Positions 10,906-23,062 of a stretch of 64,000 nucleotides of DNA are shown here, in pieces. The stretch covers positions 2,046,001 through 2,110,000 of the forward strand of contig OZ374557.1 of NCBI GenBank assembly GCA_977862235.1, given 5' to 3'. The stretch comes from Dudresnaya verticillata. Taxonomy: Eukaryota. The notes under the pieces were generated by a model. The model was not told the origin of the DNA, did no database searches, and saw nothing but the letters and a program-made list of their open reading frames with translations. The position numbers were made by a program, and so were the translations under genes. Each line of letters opens with the position of its first letter. Position 1 is the stretch's first letter.

Positions 10906-13900
10906 AACACTGGTTTCCCACGTTACAGAATCTACTTTCAAATAAAGACTGAAATAAAACGCTTCGAACGTACCTGCATTGGAAAGGTGAGCGTCCCTGG
11001 AGCACTCTGGTGCAAACGGAATAGAAAACGAAGTAGTAGTTCGCGCGTTATGTCGGTTTGCGTGCTAACCCGGCAGGGGTCTGAAAGAATCAATTTTGAT
11101 GTAATTTCTGAGCTTTTTTACTTCGGATTTTGAGGTAACCTAGGCTACTTCCATGGGCACCTCACCGCACAATATACTCTGCCCCAACAGTGCAGAACGA
11201 CTCATCAGTCCAATTTCGCGCACACCCCAGCATGCAGAGTGCCGAAGCACTGCCATGATTTCCCTTCCCGGACTCACTCCGGTGCAACTTCTCGCATTAT
11301 TCAACTGGCAACTGCAGGCTAAGTCTCTATTGACATGCACTCCCTGCTCTTCCCTAGGCTTCAGGACTTGCTCTGCACAGTCGCACTCGCCCGCTACACT
11401 CTCCCTCACCACCGACACATCGGCTCGTTGTCATCCGCGAGAACCAAAACCCCCGCCCAAGTATTGTAATCCCTGCTTCACCAACATTACAGCAAGTGCT
11501 GCACAATGCGACGGTATTCATGTTGCGCTCTTCCCAGTTTTTACCGTCCTCTCCGTCTATGTACTGAATGTGGTTTGGACTGGGCTCCGGTACTGACTTT
11601 TGTCCCACGTTGTCGTGCATTCGCCATGGTCATACGTTTGACCTCGTTCCCCGCTTCGGATATCTCGTACTTCACTCGTTCGGTTCCCTATACATGTAGC
11701 GAGCTTCAGCTCGCCAGACACCGCGGTCAAAACCACAAATGCCCATTTCTAGCCGTGCCGTTGAACCACAGTGCACTCAACGCCGTCTCCCGTAGTATTC
11801 CGCACCACGATTCCTTACTTGCGCCCGTTTCCCTCTTCAAGCGCCTCAGCATGATAAACATACACAACCGCTCCCGTACTCGCTTTGCCTGCAACTAACA
11901 CTCCTCAACTACCTTTACCATAAACCTCAGTCCGCTTCAGACTCCGGGTCTTCTCCATCCACCTCCACCGTCCACCACCCCAACATAACCAGTATTCCCT
12001 TCAGCACCACCTGTACCGCCTCCCCAACTGCGACGGCATCCGCAATCATGACCCGTGCCCCCCCATATTGGGTATAATCGCCTGGCACGAGCTTTTCAGA
12101 ATCCTCCGTCCACAGCATCTATTCCAGATCGAGTGCGGTTTTGCTACCATGGCCTTGCAACTTCTGGAACGTGGACAAAGACATGCACCATGAACTCCGC
12201 AGATATGCATCGCGACTGAATTCCGAGTTTTGACCCCACGAACATGTTGCGTGAAGTTCAGAATCTTCGGGCTGAGGTTCTTGACATGAGGTCGTTCATT
12301 GATGACGCACGAGTGCGCCTGGATGCCGTTTATAGCGATGTTTTCAACCGCGTGGGAAAGGTGGTTGTACAGGTGACGAGTTTTGCCAGGCAGGCTCCAG
12401 ACAGACTATGTTCAATTGAAGAAAGGTTGGGAATTGAACACAGAGAATAGGTGGACATCGAGTTGGATTCAGATCCGGAATCACATTTGCCTGCCTCTCC
12501 AGTTTGAGCTCCATTGCACTGAACACCGAAGTGCACAGTGAGAAGAGGCTACACGAGAAATCAGAATGACGCGTCAAACACTCCAGGAGCTGAGAGGTGA
12601 GATTGACGAACTCCGTGTGCATGTTCGCCAACTGCAAACGGGAGCAAACTATCTCGATGTGCAACTTCGAGCCGCTGCACAAGCCGTGAGGATGATTGTG
12701 TATGGTGAAGGCAGGCGAGTTGTGAACGGGCTGAGGGGTATTAGAGGGAGAGTTAGGGTCCAATTCAGGGCGATTAACAGAATTTATGGCCCAGCACAGA
12801 ACGAAGAGAACCCCGCTTCGGATGGGGAGAGATACCGGAAATATTTAGCCATCGGCAGTCGTTAGAGTGGTCCTGTGCCTCGCGACAAACTGCGGTTAGT
12901 ACATGCTCTGAAATGGAAACTGCGTTCTATTGCATCTTTCTATGTTGTCTCACGTTCGAACATCACGACACGGGCCCATTTCCGTGCTTGAAATGACATA
13001 AGTACGAACCCGCTCACTATTCCCATAGCCATCGAAAACAGAGAAGGGAACAGACAGTGCAATCGACGGTAATGTCGCGGAGGAGGACTCCCTGCGCTGT
13101 GCGCTGTGCTCAGGGAATTTGGGCTTGTGAGAACCATTATGCTTCACATGGGCGCACCGGCTCTAAACCCGGGGCGGGGTTACCAACGATAGCCTCGGCG
13201 CGAACAGGAGGAGCTGGTGGAAGTGTGGATGGCGCGCGCGGTATGGTGCGCGAGGTGCACGCACAAATCTGGCGACGAGCGCCGGCAGGCGGCGGTCGGT
13301 GTAGGACAGAGCCCCGGATAGGTTTTCACGGCACGACCTTGCAGAAACCTAGAAACTAATATCAATATTGACGAATAGGTTTTCACGGCGCGCGAGATCG
13401 AATGTCTATTTAATAGGTACTTCTACACTGAATCTGTAAATACCTATATAGGTATTTTCCAAGGTACTTTCACAAAACCTATTTTAATAGGTTTTGCTGT
13501 CGGCGCGTCAAAAATACCTTTATAGGTATTTGTAAGCACGAAACCAGAATACCTATTAGAAACATTTTGCGTCGCTGGGTCGAGAAAACTAAAAAGTAAT
13601 ATTGATATTGCCGGATAGGTCCTGACGGCTCGCATTCGCAGAAACCTATCCGGCCCACATGGGCGGTCGCTCAGTGGGCACCTCGGATGCTTACGGGCGC
13701 AAAGTACGGCGACCGACAGCGGCAGCTGCTGCCGCGTACCAGTCGCCTCAAATGTGCTCATCACCGCCCCGCCCTTTCCGCGATTTCTGCGCACCCCGCT
13801 TTCAAGACTCGTTCGCCTGCAAGCAGGCAGAAGCGTGTGATAACTCACGCACAGCGCAGCCATGCCTAGGCGAAGGCGCCTCCCTGCCCGAACATCTGGC

Positions 13901-16900
13901 CACCTGACCGCGCAAGCAGTGCTTCCCTGCCGATGCGCTCGTTTCCCTCACCGACAGGGACCAGGTGCGCGCTGACCATCTGCGACCGTGTTGTCCTGGC
14001 GGGAGACAATGTATTCCTGTGGACGAAATCGGCGCTGCGGGTCACGGTGCGGTATGTTGGCGTCCAACTTGGGGTAGCGGGTGGAAGACTGTTGCGCGCG
14101 ACAGGTTATATTTAGTTTACATTGTGAGGGACGTGGCTTATCGAATGTTTAGAATGGGACCGGTGCGCGTGGGAAATCGAGTGCCGTTTACCGAAGGTGA
14201 AGGTGGTTTGTAATTTGTGGTGAGAGAGTGGATGGGAGAGTATGGTATACCGCACAGACAGGTGAGGTGATGGTATTATGGGTAGTATGTCCGTCAGCAC
14301 GCACAACAAGGCCGATGGGTTCAGCGCACGCGCTGTTGACGCTTCTACTACGGAGCAGCTCGGATGATGAATCAGGTTTGCACCAGCAGGTCGTGGTGCT
14401 GCGCTTCGCTACTGACAGCTCTCATGCCTGTGGATATGTTTGTAAGTCCAGCTGTACTAAACGTTTTGTCATGAAAACTGAGCTGAAAGCCCCTTCTACT
14501 ACGGAAAACAAGAGGTGTGTGGCGAGGTTCAAATGCAATGGGGACAGTATCCAGTATTGTGCGGATACGGCCAAAAACACTACCACCATCGATGACACGT
14601 TGACTATCTTTTCGTCTGTGGCATGAGAATGGCGACCATGTCGCTCAGACCATTGCAGTCTTCAATAACACGGGAACCGTATGATTCGGTCACGTTCTCA
14701 ACTGAATCGTTATCCCTGGAAGTGATTACGTGCCCCGGCGTATCAATTATTTTAAGAACACGATCCATGTCAGCATACTATGTATTACAACGAGGCAACC
14801 AGGAGCGAGGAGCTTCAGTTTGGACTGGAAGCATTCCGCAGATTTTCTCTGCAATGCAAGATGTCAAGTCGGTTCGAGAGCTGCGAGTAGAGCTTGTTCT
14901 GATTGGCAAAATTGGGTAAACTGCCACTCAAGCCCATGCTTTTAACCGCTATCATGAATATTACCGGCCAAAAGAGGTCTGCAAACGATTCTAGTGTCAC
15001 TAATGTATTTCATGTGAACGTGCCTGCGTTGTCGCATATAGTGCTGCATGGTTTACATTCTGTACTGAAATGGCCCTACACATGTACTTTGTACTTGCGC
15101 CTACAGATGATTATCATTAGTAGGTACCAGACAGCCTGTGTAATAGCCTGATGGTTCTCTAACTGCCCATGAACTCGGTTGTGCATCTTCTTCTTGAATA
15201 TAGTGTTGAAAATGTCTGCTCTTTCATGTCATACGGTTCAGGTCAAATGAATAATTCATAGGGTTGCTCGTTCATGGGCATTTGTGGGTTTACATGGAGC
15301 ATGAAGCATATATTACAGAATCGGTGAGCGGAAGTGTTGAACAAGATGCAGTACCGAGCCTGAAGGGTATGACTAACGATGAAGATGTTTGGAACTTCTT
15401 CTCTAAAGTGGGTCAGTGGGGCATAAAGCAAACTAACATATGTGATATGTTGGTTTCGGTGCAGTCACGGCTGCGATTGTCGTGGAGTGAGCCTGTGGAG
15501 AACTACTGGTTTGGTGGTGGTGGCGTATACGGAGGGGAAGCTTGATTCTGTTGTCACCCTTGGCTACGAGTACTAGTCCCTTAGCGTCTGGAAATGGAAC
15601 AGCGCGTCGTGTCGCGGTAGTTGGTGTCGAGTATCAGACACGCTACAGGCATATGAAAAGTACACCCCGAGAACCATCTGCGATATGCACACAATCACAA
15701 AAATTGATGAGCGTATTGCCTCTCTAGAACACGCTTTCGCCTTGGGTAGTCTTCCTAGAAGGGTACCCTGGTACCGCTAGCGGCATTTCCATAACCAGCA
15801 ACATGTCCTCCACCCAACCTGCCTGCCTGGTCCCCGTCGTCATTAAGGCTTTGCTGCAGCATTCCTAGAAGTCTTTTCTTCCTGTTTCAAACAGAATTTG
15901 TCTCCTCCCGACGGCTTTCCCTGGCGGCCCGCCCAGGAAGTCAAGTCTGACGGGCTGTGGCTCGATCCCGACGATACGGCCCCCCAGTCGCGCCCAAGCG
16001 AGTCCTAGGCGACGTTTTCAAGGGCGACAAGCTTGTCGTCTAGCGGCAGCGTGTCTCCTGCTTTTATTCTTCAAAACTCCCCCCATTCTCGGACAAAGCT
16101 TCCTCCGGCACTGAAACTCCTTTAGATTCCGATGCTCATACCTGGCTCCATTCCACGCATCAGAGAAGGAGCCGTGCCCAAAGACTGAACTTGGCATTAA
16201 CACCCCGGGTACCAACACATCGCGCTCGCAGCGGACCAAGCTGAGTACTACGCCTCGTTGAGAACGTCCGCGTGACGGTCCGCGGAGTCGTGCAGAAAGA
16301 GCGATATGTTCGCCGCAAGATGCAGCATTTCACATTCCGTCGCGCCCTCCCAAACGCCTGCGTGATCAGTCAGGACATCCAACGAGGATCGCATCCAACA
16401 GACAACGGTTATCGTGTACAGGGCGATCAATCACACTACCACCGGTCAGACGACTATAAAGATCAGGAGCTACATTACGAAGAGCATGAACTTCACCATG
16501 ATCAAAACTATGATCGACAATCGCATTTCACTAAGGTCGAGAATGTGTAGCTCGAATTAGCCCACGCCGCAATGTGCAGGAGGACTGCAGCACTGCCTAC
16601 GTGCAGCCGAAATGGATACTTGGTGCTGTATCACCCCCCCAATAATGCGCTCCGAAACATCACTGAAGTTTCCGTCAGGGTGCTTGGCAGCCTGACACGG
16701 ACACGACGGCCAGGTGAGCTGTATCGAACTGATGAGTAGTTCTGCACTTTTGGGGCGGCGTATACTGTGCGGTGAGGCGCCCACGGAAGTAGCCGAGGTT
16801 ACCTAAAATTCCGAATTAAAAATAACAGAAGTTAAAGCAAAATTAAAAATCCAGACCGGCTGTCGGGTTAGCACGCAAACCGACACTACTCACGAACTAC

Positions 16901-17030
16901 TACTTAGTTTTCTATTCCGTTTGCACCAGAGTACTCAAGAGACGCTCCCCTTTCCAAAGCATGTACTTGGGAAGCGTTTTATTTCAATCTGTTTTTGAAA
17001 GTACATTCTGAAACGATGGAAACCAGTGTT
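10906..17030. mobile_element. 6,125-bp DNA-transposon-like element, ~300-bp imperfect TIRs, 4-bp TSD AACG, no recognisable transposase
   Basis: AACACTGGTTTCC at 10906 and GGAAACCAGTGTT ending at 17030. Inverted similarity over ~10906-11211 versus ~16726-17030. AACG at 10902-10905 and 17031-17034. Excision restores the gag frame. Confidence 0.92.
13314..13653. repeat. Mirror-symmetric array of eight 35-bp ATAGGT-N23-ACCTAT modules
   Basis: Modules at 13318, 13375, 13413, 13448, 13487, 13522, ~13558 (degenerate) and 13615. Central palindrome CAAAACCTATT-TT-AATAGGTTTTG at 13473-13496. Ends CCGGATAGGTTT / AAACCTATCCGG. Confidence 0.9.
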
Positions 17031-17808
17031 AACGGTCTCCGTGGACGATACGTTAGATCTCACGAGTCGCATCGAGCGTTTCGTACCCGCGCGCGTTCCC
17101 CACATGACCCCGGAGCAAATCGAGATGGCGTGTTCGATGATCCCGAAGAACCAGGACGCGTGGCCGTGTTGGTTCTGTCGCAAAATCGGTCACCTGATGT
17201 ATTCGTGTCCGTATCTCACGAAGTGACAACTCTATTGCGCGTATCAGAACTATCTCTATCAACTCGAGGCGAGACCGTATACGCGTAGTAACGTCGTGAA
17301 TCGCGGTACCGCAAGAGGGAATTAGTTTGGATCCGTTGACAATCGAGGCCACCGTGGACAAGACTCCCGAGGATCGCGTGACAGTCGCGTAAACCGAGAA
17401 CTTCGTCAAGGCGATACGCGCTACCCGTGGGACCGAGCCCAGCGTCAACTCAGCTTTGAGCGTCGAGGGCCGCCGACTGTCCTCCGCAATCCGAGACACG
17501 CGCAGCCCCGGGCCGTCAACCGGTTCTCGCACTCCGGAAAACGTTGACGCGATTGAGCCGAGTCACCCGAACCTGCCCTCGGAGGCTTACGAAGACTCCG
17601 CGAACAACGGAAGAGGTGATCGATCAACCACCCCTTTGGACGCGGACGCTCGTAGTTCGCATTCTAGTCCGAGTTCGGAATACGAGTAAAGGCGAAGACG
17701 CCAGTTGTGTAACGTACTTCGTCCGAATCCGTTCCCCGAGACACTCCGCATATTCCGATTCTGAGAGCCGCCGCGGTGCCACAAGGCGGCGGCAGTCGAA
17801 TCATGCGA

Positions 17809-18410
17809 CTATGGAAGCGGTAGCGGGGCAGGGAAGACCGGCTGCGCTCCCGAAAACCAGAAAGACTCGGCGGTAGTCCGAAGCGTGCGATCGAAATAGA
17901 GATGAGCCATGGCGTCACTATTCGGGTCCCAGCCGAAACGAGCAAGCCGCACCGAGAGCGGGATGCCCAACAATACTTGTTCGGTGTGGGCACCGATACG
18001 TAACGAATGTGACGTAAATTTCCGATGCAGGGGCGGCTCGAGTGCGAGATGTTGTGAGCAACGCTGAAGGGCATCATTCAGTAATGTCCGTACCGTCTCT
18101 GCGCTCTCCCCAGGAAGGGCGAAGAAGTGACTTATAGGATGTGTTCCACGAACCGCGTCCCAACGGTTCCAAAGGTCAATCGGGGACTGGAGTGACGGTA
18201 AGCGGTCGTACCGTACCAGTGCCACCTTGCTCGCCCGTTGGCCCTTTAACATTGTCAGGCGAGAATCACATGACTCTCCTCCAGGTCCACGTTGACGGAC
18301 AACTGTGAATTCACAGAGCTCTCTCGAAGACCATTAAAACAAAACGACCATACAACCATGGCACAATCACGGATAACTCTGATAGTTGGGCTAAGATGTT
18401 TTTGTGCTGT
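17809..18410 (-). pseudogene. Tyrosine recombinase catalytic domain (DIRS/Ngaro/Crypton-type), frameshifted
   Basis: RDCAMVVWSFCFNGLRESS (box I Arg, ~18315-18371), then after a frameshift LKG..FTSHSLRIGA..RFGWDPNSDAMAHLY: an R-K-HxxR-W-Y constellation. Confidence 0.88.
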
Positions 18411-21400
18411 ACCAAGATACGCAGGTGGATCGCATTGAGCTAGAGAAACTGCCTCACTGCTTCATTAGTGTCCCGCCGTTGTGGCCAGCGTTTGAGGTCT
18501 GCGAGGGGTTTGAGGCTGAACTATCTCCTTGTATCACGCATATTGGCTCCGAGTTGCGGACGGATCTGTATTACCGATGTTGGATTGTATTATTCACCGA
18601 GTGGGTTGTGAACGTCACATACGCATGGATGTGGGAGGTGTATGACACCTTCCGCCGCTATTACCTGCCACCGCGCGTGGTCAGCCTCCTCGGTAGTCTC
18701 GACTAGGTCGAAGTACCTGCTGTCAGCAAGAATTGCCAAGCGTTTTGAGCGTTACGTAATGTGGCGGATAACGTCAACTGGGACGATCCGGCCGTATTGT
18801 CGCCGAGCAACCGTCGCCGTAAGGTGAACCGTTCGCTTTACGCGGTGAGTAGATATAATCCCGCCTGTGGCGATTGGGGTGGTACAACCCTTGGACCAAA
18901 CGTCTTATGACGGATAATATTGCCGGGAGCCATCCTGGAACGGACCGTTTCACGCCTGCGAATCACCCACGCGGGTTACGCAAGAACTGCGACTTCGTCG
19001 GTGATTTCACGCCTCATTTAAGCGCCTTGATGGCGGAGAAGGAGGCGTTCCACGCTAACAGCGGACCCGTTAACTCGTCTGGAACGGCTGTTGTGACGCC
19101 TATAGCGGTTGCGTCTGCTGGGGGGCTGTGCCCCTTCGACCGTTTCGCCAGCGGCCTTAGGATTGGCGGCTATAGCGCCTCTTTGCATGCCGTCGGTTAC
19201 ACCGTTAGACATCTCGGCACCCGTCAATGAAGGCGACGGCGATGCCATCATGTTTACGCTAGCGATGGATTATTTCTCCGCTATTGCGCCTCAAAGGGGG
19301 TCGATTAACGTCGCGTACGGTGCGCCCAGGGCCTCTACAGTACCCGAGTGGACTGAGGAGTAGCGCCGCACGGTACTCGCATTCTTGCGGGCCACCGGTG
19401 TCGTTACTGACGGTTTAAGCGGGTCATCCACGACACCACTCGGGCAGTCTCTTCTGGCTGATCTGCAGCCAGGAAGCACTGCGAGGCCGGCGCCGACCAT
19501 CGTCCCGGCTATATCGTTGAGTGACGAAGTTACGTCGTCGAATGACGGAGCGGGGGCAAAACCTTTGTCGCGTAAGGCGGGTGGTGCGGATTCTTCCGCA
19601 GTTACGTCCGCTGACGTTGGTATCAAAGGTCCGCGGTACGTGAGTGCTGTGCGGGGTCTACGACGGTTCCGCAAGCTCAAGCAGCCTCTTCGTCAGTGAC
19701 GGATGTTGAACGTTCAGCGCCTTTGGTGGTAAGTGGGGTCCTGAGGTGCCGGCCCCATCGACGACAGCTAAGGCGTTGAATATGATCCACCGCCAAAAGC
19801 GTGTGCGCTTACTGCTACGATGCCAAAGGCGGTTAATGGGCCCAGCTCTGCGCCTGGTGCGGATGACAAAGTGGCGGGAGGTGCGCCAGACTCGTCGCCA
19901 ACGGCGGGTATCGCGACTTCGACAGCAGTAGTAGTGGCGGGTCCCTTGTGCTCCGTCCCCGCGCCTGCTGCGAGCACACCGTCCGTGACGGAATACGACC
20001 TCCATGAAGAGTAGTTAAGGTAATCCGCCAGTGGTGTTGAGGAATACTCCCCAGCGGAACCGTCTGCGACGAGTAAGAAGTAAGGTCATCATATCGTTAA
20101 GAACGGTTAAGGGACGCGAGAGTGTGTTTAGCGTCGCTTTGCCTGCCGCTTGTCGGGGTCGGTGAGCTGGGGTTTCAGAGTTCATAGACGGATAGTGTAG
20201 CGTCCCGTGACGTAGATCATGTTTAGTGTTCGTGCGGGCACGGGGTCATCCCCGCTTTGAAACCCGAATAGACTTTGCCGTTGTCGAACGTAGCTGGGTT
20301 TCTTTCCTTTTGTTAGCGACCGTTGCGATAGCGGATAGCGTAGGGCCGACGGATCTCGTGGTTGTTGCCGGTCCACTTAGTAGCGTTTGTCGTGAGTGTT
20401 TGGGGCGGCGGCGCTTCGGCGGCGTTTTGTTACCGCTACAGTAGCGTATGACCTCCTCTGTTCGTCGATATCGCGTAGTACGACTTAGTCGTTTTGTTCG
20501 CAGTTGTGACCGTTGTTTGAGCGCATACGTTGAGAGTGTGCCATTGGCTTCCGTCCTTGACATAGGCGGTGTATGTTTAGTGTCGGTGACGGGTAGTTCG
20601 CGCTATGCGTCGCATCTTAGGAGTGCTTTCCGCGGCTGATGGGCGTGGTTGCCGCGCCTAGCGGCGGAGTCATTTTGCGATTAACGCGTCGAGCATGAAA
20701 CGAAGGCTGACTCCGTCTTCGACTACTGGACTTCCTCTCGTGTTTAGGGCGCCCTTTTGAGACTCGATTCACGTCGTTGACGTTAGTGAGTGTCGTCCGC
20801 GGAGCGTTAGCACGCTCCACCCGTAAGGGTGACGAATTTCGGACTTGGCCGTGGGTGGCGCGTCTCGGTGGGGTCATAGGAGACGGCCTCCCGCTTCCGT
20901 GCTTGCGTCTGTCCCGTGGGCGCTCGTAGTGTCTAGGTATACACTTGTCGGGCCTTCGTTCGTTGGACGCCATTTGGCTGGCGACGCCTCCGCGTTATTT
21001 TTTTCACATTAAACTTTCCCATTTCGTTTGTTGCCCAATTTCGTGTGGTGCATGCGCTCTCCACGCCCCTGCCCACTGTCAGCCTTCCGACCTTACGGAC
21101 CGCCCTCCGAGAAGGTTTGCCCATTCGCGTATCACCAGGCCCAGCCGTTTTTGACGAAGTACATTACAGCACCCTTCATGTGTAACCTGTGCGCTTCCGT
21201 ACTACTTCATAGGAGGGTGTCGCATTCACTGTCCCCGAACATGCCTTCCCATTCGCTTCCTGCGCTGTACCCCTGTTAGGGTTAACCGCGCTGCGCGTCG
21301 TCGATGTTTGGCGGCAGGCGCGTGTGCTCCCGACGGTGATATCGCAGGATGTGCGATCGCGGTAGGTTGGGCACCGGTTCCCAGGTATTCGCTGAAGCGG

Positions 21401-23062
21401 AGTATCAAAACCACTTGAGGGGATATATGATCTCGCCGCCTTCCACGTGTGCGTGTGACTCGTCTTTCAATAACGTACTCCTTCTCGCTTGCAGCGGTTG
21501 AATTTGGGTCTTGCCTTCCCAATGCCTTTGGTGGTTCACTTCGTTGCGTGATGGGCATTTGTGCCGGTTCTGCAAACCGTACTCGACGGGTTGATAGCCT
21601 AAGGCGCTGGGTCGGTGCCTCAAGCGCTTGCGTAGCGGTTTGTTGCTCCTGCGTACAGACGCCTCTCTTCCGGCGGTATCCTTTGCGTTAGCGTGGTCCT
21701 CACCATCTGCATTCGATGCGCTTGAAGCGGGACCAATGTTGGTAGCCGGGGACACCGTGGTTGTGGGTTCCATTCGCATATGGATACCTGGACCCTCCTC
21801 ATCTTCGGAGACGGCATTCGGTGAACGTTTGTAGGTGTTGGCGGGAAAGGGTGAAATCTCTGCCAACCCCCTCGACTTCGCGGTGTCGCATTCATACGCT
21901 ACTGCGAGTCTTCCGCTATTCGTGGCGTCCCCGTGCCTCCTGCCGGGTCCGAACTTGAGGTGACTGGGGTTCCTGCACCATCGTCTATTGATATGGGGTA
22001 GTGGGCCGATGTCTCTCAGGTGGTCCCGGTGGTTGCATGGTTGTACGAGCCACGTTCCCTGGTGGGGTTGGCGCCCATACCGCACGGTCTCGAGATAAAT
22101 GTTCAAGTTCCCCACGTCCCTTGCCGACGGTGACTGTCTCGTCGTTGACGTGCGTTACTAGATACGGCCCATCCGCCACGGGCACTAACTGGTGCTCCCG
22201 CTCTTCGTAATCGGTGCTCCCGTCACGAGCGAAGCATTTCTTCGGCACGAATGCGAATTCACCCACAGCGAGCTTCTCCTTCGATTTACTCAGGCGGGTT
22301 TCGAAGTTTCGTTCGTAACGCGCTTGTGTCTTCTAGAGCGACGCTTTAGCGGTTCCCATCAGCGCGGCAAGCCAGGTTCTCCAATTGGTGTAGTATTACC
22401 CGGCGGTGGGCAAGCTTTCAAGCGACGGTTCCGCTTATAACGACAACGGTCGCGGGGGTCCAGACAACAAAAACTCGAACGGGCGAGGTGCGTCGATGAA
22501 TGCAGTTGCGTGGTGTACGAGAACGTCAAGGCGTCGGTGAACAAATCCCAATCTCGTGGGTGGTCCGTTACGCAGTGATGCACGGAGGCGAGGATGGTTC
22601 GATTGAATTGTTCCACCTGGCCATTGCACTGCGGATGGTACATAGTGGTGAAGAAACGCTCCAACCCTAGGAGGCAGCAGATGTCCTGGAACCACTTGGT
22701 TAAAAGCTGTGGCCCGTTGGCGGGCAGCAGCGTCTTGGGTGCGCCATATACAAACACCCAATGCCGAACGAACGCCTTAGCGATTTCCAGCGACGTAATA
22801 TTACGTAAAGGGACCGTCCGGACCCGTTTCGAGAAGCGATACACGATGACGAGTAGGAACCTATTCCCCGCTAGGTGTGTATGAGCTACCTGAGTACATC
22901 GATGGAAACAACCTCGAGATGCTCGGTGGCCGGGAATAGTTTCATCTCCTTCACGTTCTTTCGCATCAGTACCCGATTCTTTGCGCAAGTTACGAGATTG
23001 TGGACGGTCGCATAGCAGTCCACCGACACCGACGGCCAATAATATTCGCGCCGGAGCGTATG

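Larger units (their letters stand above)
8325..17226 (+). pseudogene. gag: gag of element A, interrupted by a solo LTR B and the 6.1-kb TIR element
   Basis: ATG at 8325 after the PBS. The frame rejoins across both insertions (SYRSY|RLTN and TTSTT|VSVDD). CCHC knuckle CWFCRKIGHLMYSC at ~17167-17208. Confidence 0.88.
1..17775. repeat. Large direct duplication, copy 1 (matches 42800-60574)
   Basis: Sequence and ORF track repeat at a constant offset of 42,799. The match ends after GAGCCGCCGCG at 17775/60574. Differences found at 921, 6859, 9202 and 13499. Confidence 0.98.

Noticed and set aside
13314..13653. CRISPR array
   Set aside because: The conserved parts are short inverted arms in a mirror layout, not ~30-bp direct repeats. 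There are no cas genes and the context is eukaryotic.
14730..14756. Minus-strand LKIIDTPGH resembling a GTPase G3 motif
   Set aside because: No P-loop upstream or NKxD downstream, and stops flank it. Treated as chance.
10908..17028. Standard CACTA/EnSpm or piggyBac element with CACTG ends
   Set aside because: With those ends the flanks (CGAA / TTAA) are not a duplication and the gag frame is not restored. Ends two bases further out give a perfect AACG TSD.
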